Positions 25,643-32,000 of a stretch of DNA of 32,000 bases are shown here, piece by piece. Position 1 is the first letter of the stretch. Each line of letters starts with the position of its first letter. Source of the DNA: Okeania sp. (GTDB lineage: Bacteria > Cyanobacteriota > Cyanobacteriia > Cyanobacteriales > Microcoleaceae). The stretch is taken from NCBI RefSeq assembly GCF_035285525.1, contig NZ_JAYKGW010000036.1, positions 1 to 32,000 of the forward strand. Direction: 5' to 3'. A program made the translations under genes and the position numbers. Under the pieces are notes generated by a model. That model searched no databases, was not told the origin of the DNA, and saw only the letters and a program-made list of their open reading frames with translations.

Positions 25643-27703
25643 TTAATTATTCAAATAAGTGTAACTACTCAAACTACTTTCATAATTTTGTAACAGCATT
25701 CGCGACTCTTTAATAGTAATTTTTTCCTCTTGTAAAGCCTGCTCAGTTTGACAACGAATACTTTCAACTAAACCATCAGAATTATACTTAACATAATTCA
25801 AAACTTCTGTCATAGTGTCACCCTTAACGACGTGTTCAATTTTGTATCCTGAAGGAGTTAATTTAATATGCACAACATTAACATCACCAAACAAATTATG
25901 GAGATTACCCATAATTTCTTGGTAAGCACCTCCCAGAAACATTGCCAGATAATAAGGTTCAAAAATAGAAGAATTTTCTGATGTTTTGCTATCAAAATCT
26001 TCAGCATATTTATCACTAATTTTCAGAGTATGTAATTCTAATAATAATTTGACATCTCGTAAATCAATAAACTTCTCAATTTTCCCATCACTATCACAAG
26101 TAAGGTCAGCTAATATAGCTCTTTCTTTAGGCTCTTCATCTAAGCGATGAATAGGCATAATTGGAAATAATTGATTAATCGCCCAACTATCAGGAGCAGA
26201 TTGAAAAACAGAAAGGTTAATGTAATAGATAGATGCCATAATTTTTTCCATTTCCGCTAAATCATCTGGCACATATTCAGAGTCTTTTAATATGGCTTGA
26301 ATTTTCCGAAAACATCCCCAGTATAGTTGTTCTACTTTTGCTCTTTCACTAATACTAAGATATCCAAAATTAAATAGACTAATAGATTCTTCTTTAAATT
26401 GAATAGCGTCGTGATATGCTTCCTGATAATTGTTTTGGTTAATAGATTGATAGGTTTCGTAGAGGTTTTGCAAAATTAAATGTTCGTCTTTATTAATAAT
26501 TACTGATTCTTCTTTCGGAGCTTGACTAACTCCTAATACATCAAAAACTAAAACTGATTGATGAGATGCTATTGCTCTCCCACTTTCGCTAATTAATATT
26601 GGAGGTAATATTTTTTTCTCTTCACAAGCTTCCTTAACTTCTGCCACAATATCATTAGCATAATTCTGCATATCATAATTTCTAGAAGCATAAAAGTTGG
26701 TTTTAGAACCATCATAATCAACTGCTAAACCACCTCCTACATCTAAGTATTTCATATTTGCCCCTAGTTCAGCTAATTCTACATAAATTTGACTGGCTTC
26801 TCTAATAGCATCCTTAATCACACTAATTGAAGAAATTTGTGAACCAACATGAAAATGTAAGAGCTGTAAAGAATCTAAAATACCCCCATTTTTTAACTTA
26901 TTAACAACTTGAATTATTTCCAAAATATTGAGACCAAATTTAGCGCGATCGCCTGTAGTTCCTGCCCAACGACCGATACCTTTAGTGCTGAGTTTTGCCC
27001 GAACTCCTACTACTGGTTTAATATTTAATTTTTTACTAGCTTCTATAACTAATTGTACTTCTTCTACCTGTTCAATAACTATTATTAATGTTTTTCCTAA
27101 CCGTTGAGCTAGCATGGCAGTCTCAATATATTCTCGGTCTTTATAACCATTACAAATTATTAGTGAATCACTGGTATTTAAAGTAGCAATAGCTATTAAT
27201 AATTCTGGTTTTGAACCAGCCTCTAAACCAAATTTATGAGGCTTCCCAAATTTAACTATTTCTTCTACTAACTGACTATTTTGATTACATTTAACAGGAA
27301 ATACACCTCGATAAATATTCTTATATTTATAACGAGCGATCGCTTTAGAAAAACAAGCATTTAATCGTTCAATTCTATCTTCAAGAATATCGGAAAATCG
27401 CAGAATTAAAGGTAGTCCTATATTTCTTTGTTTAATAGATTCAACAAGTTCGTATAAATCTAAAGAACCTCCTAAATCGCCTTTAGGAGAAACTGTAACA
27501 TGACCAGCAGAATTAATTGCAAAATAGGGATGACCCCAGCCAAGTATTCTATATAATTTCTCACTATCTTCTATTACCCAAGATTTTTTTTCTTCAGACT
27601 TGATAGGATTAATATCTGTTTTATCTGTTTGAGAATTATTAGTTAATGATGTAGAATTTGCAGTCTCAGAAAAGTTTTGATTTGTAGTTGATTGTAAATC
27701 CAT
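25643..27703 (-). CDS. speA: biosynthetic arginine decarboxylase
   Basis: The N-terminal region is W.IEDSEKLYRILGWGHPYFAINSAGHVTV, and the fold-III PLP decarboxylase blocks are FPVKCN and HFHVGSQ. The ORF track starts at TTG 27721. The ATG at 27703 (MDLQST..) is the more likely start. Confidence 0.95.
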   Translation of the reverse strand: MDLQSTTNQNFSETANSTSLTNNSQTDKTDINPIKSEEKKSWVIEDSEKLYRILGWGHPYFAINSAGHVTVSPKGDLGGSLDLYELVESIKQRNIGLPLILRFSDILEDRIERLNACFSKAIARYKYKNIYRGVFPVKCNQNSQLVEEIVKFGKPHKFGLEAGSKPELLIAIATLNTSDSLIICNGYKDREYIETAMLAQRLGKTLIIVIEQVEEVQLVIEASKKLNIKPVVGVRAKLSTKGIGRWAGTTGDRAKFGLNILEIIQVVNKLKNGGILDSLQLLHFHVGSQISSISVIKDAIREASQIYVELAELGANMKYLDVGGGLAVDYDGSKTNFYASRNYDMQNYANDIVAEVKEACEEKKILPPILISESGRAIASHQSVLVFDVLGVSQAPKEESVIINKDEHLILQNLYETYQSINQNNYQEAYHDAIQFKEESISLFNFGYLSISERAKVEQLYWGCFRKIQAILKDSEYVPDDLAEMEKIMASIYYINLSVFQSAPDSWAINQLFPIMPIHRLDEEPKERAILADLTCDSDGKIEKFIDLRDVKLLLELHTLKISDKYAEDFDSKTSENSSIFEPYYLAMFLGGAYQEIMGNLHNLFGDVNVVHIKLTPSGYKIEHVVKGDTMTEVLNYVKYNSDGLVESIRCQTEQALQEEKITIKESRMLLQNYESSLSSYTYLNN

Positions 27704-27766
27704 TTTATTTTTCAATTCCAAAGGGTTAAACTTGAGATTATTTTAACTTTTTAAGATACTAAAATT

Positions 27767-27829
27767 TTAGATATTTTTGATTCCATCATTATTAGTCAAG
27801 GTATCAGCTCAAAACTATTGTGGAATAGT
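27767..27829 (+). repeat. 63-bp direct repeat, copy 1 (speA/ndk divergent region)
   Basis: TTAGATATTTTTGATTCCATCATTATTAGTCAAGGTATCAGCTCAAAACTATTGTG.AATAGT has 62/63 identity to 27896-27958. Confidence 0.9.
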
Positions 27830-27895
27830 TTTAGTTAAATTTACTCTTGATTGGCAAGTATGATGATTAACTTAAATTTTTAACATAATCAAATG

Positions 27896-27958
27896 TTAGA
27901 TATTTTTGATTCCATCATTATTAGTCAAGGTATCAGCTCAAAACTATTGTGCAATAGT
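27896..27958 (+). repeat. 63-bp direct repeat, copy 2
   Basis: It is offset by 129 bp from copy 1. The flanks show weaker similarity, consistent with a tandem duplication of about 129 bp. A third short echo (AGCTCAAAAACTATT) is at about 28055-28070. Confidence 0.9.
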
Positions 27959-28133
27959 GATAAAATCAATTCGGACTTAGAAACAATCAATTATTCCCCC
28001 CCATATTTCCTGTTCCTTCTTTTCTTGAGATGTATAGTACAAGTAAAAAGATTAGCTCAAAAACTATTACCCTAGAATTTGAGCAAAAAATCCCCTGTCC
28101 TGTAAAGTATTACTGTTAATTGAGCAAATTTTT

Positions 28134-28139
28134 AAGGAG
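28134..28139 (+). promoter_or_regulatory. Shine-Dalgarno (AAGGAG) for ndk
   Basis: AAGGAG lies 7 nt upstream of the TTG at 28147. That TTG begins the conserved (M)[12 protein letters not shown]-terminus. Confidence 0.6.
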
Positions 28140-28146
28140 TATTAGT

Positions 28147-28596
28147 TTGGAACGTACCTTTATTGCAATTAAACCCGATGGTGTCCAAAGAGGACTTGTA
28201 GGCCAGATTATCAGTCGTTTTGAAACCAAAGGTTTTACTCTAGTTGGTCTAAAAAGTATGAGTGTAAGTAAGGAACTGGCTGAAAAACACTACGATGTTC
28301 ATAAAGAAAGACCATTTTTTCCAAGCTTAATACAATTTATTACATCTGGACCTGTAGTAGCAATGGTTTGGGAAGGAGAAGGAGTTGTGGCATCTGCGAG
28401 AAAAATTATTGGGGCAACTAATCCTTTGAGTGCTGAACCTGGTACAATTCGTGGTGATTATGGAATTAGTGTTGGCCGTAATTTAATACATGGTTCTGAT
28501 GCCATTGAGACTGCTAAAACTGAAATTAGTCTTTGGTTTAAAGAGGAAGAGTTAGTATCATGGCAGCCTACTTTAACTCCCTGGATTGTAGAATAA
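28147..28596 (+). CDS. ndk: nucleoside diphosphate kinase
   Basis: Motifs are [25 protein letters not shown] and NLIHGSD (catalytic His). The canonical 149-aa length is reached only with the TTG at 28147. The ORF-track start at 28120 adds 9 residues with no SD. Confidence 0.95.
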   Translation: MERTFIAIKPDGVQRGLVGQIISRFETKGFTLVGLKSMSVSKELAEKHYDVHKERPFFPSLIQFITSGPVVAMVWEGEGVVASARKIIGATNPLSAEPGTIRGDYGISVGRNLIHGSDAIETAKTEISLWFKEEELVSWQPTLTPWIVE

Positions 28597-28804
28597 AACA
28601 AATAGAAAAAATTTTTTCCTGTCTGAAATATTTATCAGTTAGCTCCGTAGTTTGGCTAAATACAAAAGAAGAATAATTTTGAAGAAGGAAAAAATTTAAT
28701 ATTTATTTCAATTTGTAACAATAACAGTCTAGCAACTTCCAATTGTAGGTAAAATACGGAAAATTAACTGGAAAGTAAACTACAAAAATAAGGAGTTTTA
28801 AACC

Positions 28805-28900
28805 ATGTCTTTATCTGATACCCAAGTATTGGTTGCTTTAGTAATTGCTCTAATCCCTGGAATCTTAGCATTCCGACTCTCAACTGAACTGTACAAATAA
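28805..28900 (+). CDS. psaM: photosystem I reaction centre subunit XII (PsaM), 31 aa
   Basis: It translates to [31 protein letters not shown], matching the PsaM pattern (M.L.DTQ....LV.AL.P..LA.RL.TELYK). It is too short for the supplied ORF track. GGAG lies about 9 nt upstream. Confidence 0.85.
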   Translation: MSLSDTQVLVALVIALIPGILAFRLSTELYK

Positions 28901-29195
28901 AATCTTGGCAATTAATTAAAATTTAATTTCTAAATCTGTCCTCACAGTTACTCCTTAACAGGATAAAATTTTGGCTTGTTATCGAAGTCAGATATTATCA
29001 TAAAGTTACTAGGAGAAAAGCTGCAAGGGCAGATTTTTTTATGGAATAGTTAAAAGAGCAAACATCTTACTATAAATCTTAAATTTTATCCATAAATTAT
29101 CAATTCTTTTTCCTTCTATCAACATATAGCAATTCTAAAAACGAAACTTCTACCTGTTCCCTCCATACCTATTCCCTTTAAAAAGTAAATAAAAA

Positions 29196-29250
29196 AATGA
29201 AACTTCTACCTGTTCCCTGTTCCCTCTTCCCTGTTCCCTCTTCCCTAAAA
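29196..29250. repeat. STRR-like heptamer tract (CCCTGTT/CCCTCTT)
   Basis: The tract CTACCTGTTCCCTGTTCCCTCTTCCCTGTTCCCTCTTCCCT is preceded by a second copy of GAAACTTCTACCTGTTCCCT at about 29144-29165. Confidence 0.8.
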
Positions 29251-29428
29251 AAAGATTGAGTTGACATCCTGAATGAGAATACTTAAGCATAGATTAATAT
29301 ATTAGAAGTAAGCTCTCGCCCATTCAAACTGCTTATTTTATAAGTTGTAATCTTTGATAAACTTAGAAAAAATATCTGATAGATGTTTAACAGCTTATAG
29401 TAATTAATTAACTTATCCAGACAAATAT

Positions 29429-29818
29429 ATGCAAGCCACTCAACCTACTCAATTTTCACAAGTTTCTCAGAATTATTCTAGTAAAGTCAAACCTAGCGCA
29501 CCCTCTAAAAAAAATAAATTTACTCATTTAGGAATTGAAACTACAGCTAAATTATTAACTAATATTCTAATATCCGCTTTTGTAACTTCAGCTCTACTAA
29601 AATTGTTACCTCATTATCAATCTATTCAAGAAAAACTACAAGTTATTGAATCTGAAATTGAAGCTACAACAGACAGACTAAATAATCAGAAAGAAGATTT
29701 TAGCCGTTATTTTGATCCTAGTCAAGCTAAAACTATTATGCAAGAACAAAGCAATCAAGTAGACTCTAATCAAATACCTATTATTTGGCTAGAAGATGAT
29801 AGTGAGAAATCTAAATAG
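29429..29818 (+). CDS. hypothetical bitopic protein: TM helix plus coiled coil (FtsB/DivIC-like architecture only)
   Basis: 129 aa with a polar N-tail, one TM helix (LLTNILISAFVTSALLKLL) and a coiled coil (IQEKLQVIESEIEATTDRLNNQKEDF). No family is assigned. Confidence 0.5.
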   Translation: MQATQPTQFSQVSQNYSSKVKPSAPSKKNKFTHLGIETTAKLLTNILISAFVTSALLKLLPHYQSIQEKLQVIESEIEATTDRLNNQKEDFSRYFDPSQAKTIMQEQSNQVDSNQIPIIWLEDDSEKSK

Positions 29819-30028
29819 GGAGTAGGGAGCAGGGAGTAGTTAATAGTTAGGATTTAGGGAAGTTTTATAAGAGGTGGTTATTTATAATCCTCTTTTAGTT
29901 TTTCTATTTTATAGGTAGTAGGGAGTAGTTAAGAGTCAAGATTTAGGGAAGTTCTAATTGTTCAAACCTTGTATTTCTATATGCTTTGATAAATAATTCA
30001 GCCAACCCTAATTAAATTAATAACTTAA

Positions 30029-30063
30029 AGCTGATAGCTAATAACTGATAGCTGAATGCTTAC
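30029..30063. repeat. repeat family B, solo right end abutting the ctp stop codon
   Basis: AGCTGATAGCTAATAACTGATAGCTGAATGCTTAC ends 2 nt from the stop codon at 30066-30068. Confidence 0.6.
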
Positions 30064-30065
30064 AT

Positions 30066-31304
30066 TTAAGCTGCCTTTTCTAATACAAATTGAGATATTA
30101 TAAGCTCTACAGCAGCTTGATATTGTTTATCAACTTCTGTGGTAATTTGATTAGGTAAAATTGACTCTTGCTTAACCAAAATATCAGGAACAATTCCCAG
30201 TTTATTAATATCTTTATGATTTGGCGTTTCATACTTAGCAACAGTAACTGCTAATCCCGAACCATCAGATAAATCAAATAAAGATTGAATTAACCCTTTA
30301 CCAAAAGTTTTTTCACCTACTAATAAAGCACGACTATTATCTTGAAGTGCCCCAGCTAAAATTTCACTTGCACTGGCAGTTCCCTGATTAGTTAAAACAA
30401 CTAATGGGGCATTAGTTATAGCAGAACCTTCAGCAGAGAAACTATCAAGAACTCTTTGTCTATTAACTGTATAAACAATTGTACCTTCCTCTAACCAGAG
30501 ACTAGCAATTTCTATACCAGCTTGTAAAAGTCCACCTGGATTATTGCGTAAATCAAGTATATATCCAATCGCTCCTTTTTCCTCAAAATTTTCTACTGCT
30601 TGACTGATTTCTGTAGTAGCATTAGCATTAAATTGATTCAGACGAATATAACCAATCGGTCCAGCTTCAGAGTTAGACTTTAACCTAGCATAGACTGGAT
30701 TAATTTCTATTTGTTCCCGAATTATAGTTATATCTTGGGGTTGGTTCCTACTTTTTTTCAAAATGGTTAGTACCACAGAAGAACCAATAGTACCCCGCAT
30801 TCTATTTGCAGCTTCATCTAATGAAAATTCTGTGGTGGGATGGCCATCAATTTTAATTACGCGATCGCCCGCTTGGATACCAGCAGTTTCAGCAGGAGAA
30901 CCTTCTAAGGGAGAAATAACTATTACTTCTCCTGTTTTAGAGTCTAAAGCAATTTGTAAACCTACTCCTATTAATTCTCCAGAAGTATCGACTTGCAAAT
31001 TACGGTATTGTTGTGGTTTAAGAAGTCGGGTGAAAGGATCTTCTAGACTAGCCAACATTTCTTCGATAGTGTTGTAAGTTTCTTCTCTAGTTTTTAGGGG
31101 TTTCTTCATTAATTTTTGACGCTTAAACCACCAGTTCTGATGGTTGAAAGAATCATCTATATAAGCCAAATTAACTATACGCCAAGCTTCCCCTAATAAT
31201 TTTTGTTCTTCTGTTAATGCTGTTGCCGAAGAAGTCCAGAGTCCCCAGTTCAGAATAGTTGGTAATATTAATAGAAATATAATTTGGAAAAATCTTTTTT
31301 TCAT
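30066..31304 (-). CDS. carboxyl-terminal processing protease (S41 family, CtpA/B/C type)
   Basis: Signal or anchor helix, a PDZ segment (GIQAGDRVIKIDG), and S41 catalytic blocks (NQGTASASEILAGAL with the Ser, and TFGKGLIQ with the Lys). Confidence 0.9.
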   Translation of the reverse strand: MKKRFFQIIFLLILPTILNWGLWTSSATALTEEQKLLGEAWRIVNLAYIDDSFNHQNWWFKRQKLMKKPLKTREETYNTIEEMLASLEDPFTRLLKPQQYRNLQVDTSGELIGVGLQIALDSKTGEVIVISPLEGSPAETAGIQAGDRVIKIDGHPTTEFSLDEAANRMRGTIGSSVVLTILKKSRNQPQDITIIREQIEINPVYARLKSNSEAGPIGYIRLNQFNANATTEISQAVENFEEKGAIGYILDLRNNPGGLLQAGIEIASLWLEEGTIVYTVNRQRVLDSFSAEGSAITNAPLVVLTNQGTASASEILAGALQDNSRALLVGEKTFGKGLIQSLFDLSDGSGLAVTVAKYETPNHKDINKLGIVPDILVKQESILPNQITTEVDKQYQAAVELIISQFVLEKAA

Positions 31305-31320
31305 AAAATGAAAGTATATA

Positions 31321-31365
31321 TTTAGATAGGGCTAGCTGATTAAATCTAAAATTTTTTATAGGTCG
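31321..31365 (-). repeat. repeat family G, copy G3 (reverse, partial)
   Basis: Its reverse complement CGACCTATAAAAAATTTTAGATTTAATCAGCTAGCCCTATCTAAA matches the G1/G2 right end. It starts 17 nt upstream of the ctp start codon. Confidence 0.55.
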
Positions 31366-31757
31366 TTTCAGTTATCAGTTATCAGTACCTCTAGCTGTTT
31401 ACGCAGTATTTGGGGGGAAAGCAAGAGGCTTGAAATATGGAATTTTTTCTCTTGCCAAGTTTTTAGATAGCTCAAGTTCCTCAAGTTAGTATTTTCGGAT
31501 AACGGGAGGTAGAAAAGTCAACTCTACCATTATAAACAACTACTTCCTTTATAATTCCTATTCATCTTGACTTTGTGAAGTTCCATGAAACGTCCCTACC
31601 CCCTGGTTCAAAAAAAGACTTTCATAAGCAAACCCTAAACAATACCGTTTTGAAAAAATAATGGGACAAAAAGGTAGATATGAATCGGAAATAGTTAAAA
31701 ATAGCTGCTCCAATTAAGTTTTAGATAGAGATAAATATCGTTTATTCCTTTTTTTTC

Positions 31758-31846
31758 ATAACTTACGACAATGTACTATATATAGATTCAAAAAACGATT
31801 TTGCTCTAGTTTTAACCACTATATCTAGATGCACTGCCTAATTCCT
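31758..31846 (-). repeat. MITE-like repeat family C, copy C3 (reverse orientation, diverged ends)
   Basis: ATAACTTACGACAATGTACTATATATAGATTCAAAAAACGATT..CTAGTTTTAACCACTATATCTAGATG..CTAATTCCT aligns with the reverse complement of C1. Confidence 0.7.
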
Positions 31847-31866
31847 GTTTTTATTAAAGGTTTTTT

Positions 31867-31980
31867 CCTTCTTCCTTCTTACTTCTTCCTTCTTCCTTCT
31901 TACTTCTTACTTCTTCCTTCTTCCTTCTTCCTTCTTCCTTCTTCCTTCTTCCTTCTTCCTTCTTCCTTCTTCCTTCTTAC
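31867..31980. repeat. heptanucleotide tandem repeat (CCTTCTT)n with ACTTCTT variants, about 16 units
   Basis: This is a direct reading of CCTTCTTCCTTCTTACTTCTTCCTTCTT..., with strict 7-nt periodicity to 31980. Confidence 0.95.
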
Positions 31981-32000
31981 ATATCGAACTCTAGAAAAAT

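Noticed and set aside
27893-28075. 60-aa ORF between speA and ndk
   Set aside because: It is created by the second copy of the 63-bp duplication. The first copy has the same reading frame closed by a TAA upstream with no start codon, so the sequence is not conserved as coding.

Overview
Visibly AT-rich cyanobacterial chromosome segment. The assignment rests on psaM, seven exact HIP1 octamers (GCGATCGC), STRR-like heptamer tracts, and housekeeping genes with typical cyanobacterial sequence. I call 22 intact protein genes, one tRNA-Phe(GAA) and one probable decayed gene. The genes are an unassigned 273-aa protein, an HD hydrolase, a LysE exporter, an MST-type rhodanese, an MBOAT acyltransferase, a trio of small membrane proteins (including YtxH and DUF948), argB, mreD, mreC, mreB, ssb, a lipoprotein, a LapA-domain protein, scpA, a CugP-like NTP-transferase, speA, ndk, psaM, a TM/coiled-coil protein and an S41 Ctp protease. 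These are all core functions. I see no multi-gene accessory system: no defence, RiPP, secretion, transposase, integrase or reverse-transcriptase genes. What is unusual is the non-coding DNA. My called genes sum to about 16.8 kb of 32 kb (roughly 53%). Almost every intergenic gap is 0.4-1.6 kb and built from at least ten families of short repeats, many with inverted-repeat ends (MITE-like; labelled A-K here). These families include one nested insertion, copies that abut stop codons, and copies that fill the spacers of the mreB-mreC-mreD cluster. The best candidate for something undescribed is a tandem array of 134-bp units (25021-25506) between the convergent NTP-transferase and speA genes. Each unit carries a conserved hairpin and a short ORF with a shared N-terminus, so it could be a repeated sRNA or micro-peptide locus. 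All family assignments come from reading the translations and my memory of the families. No searches were run.
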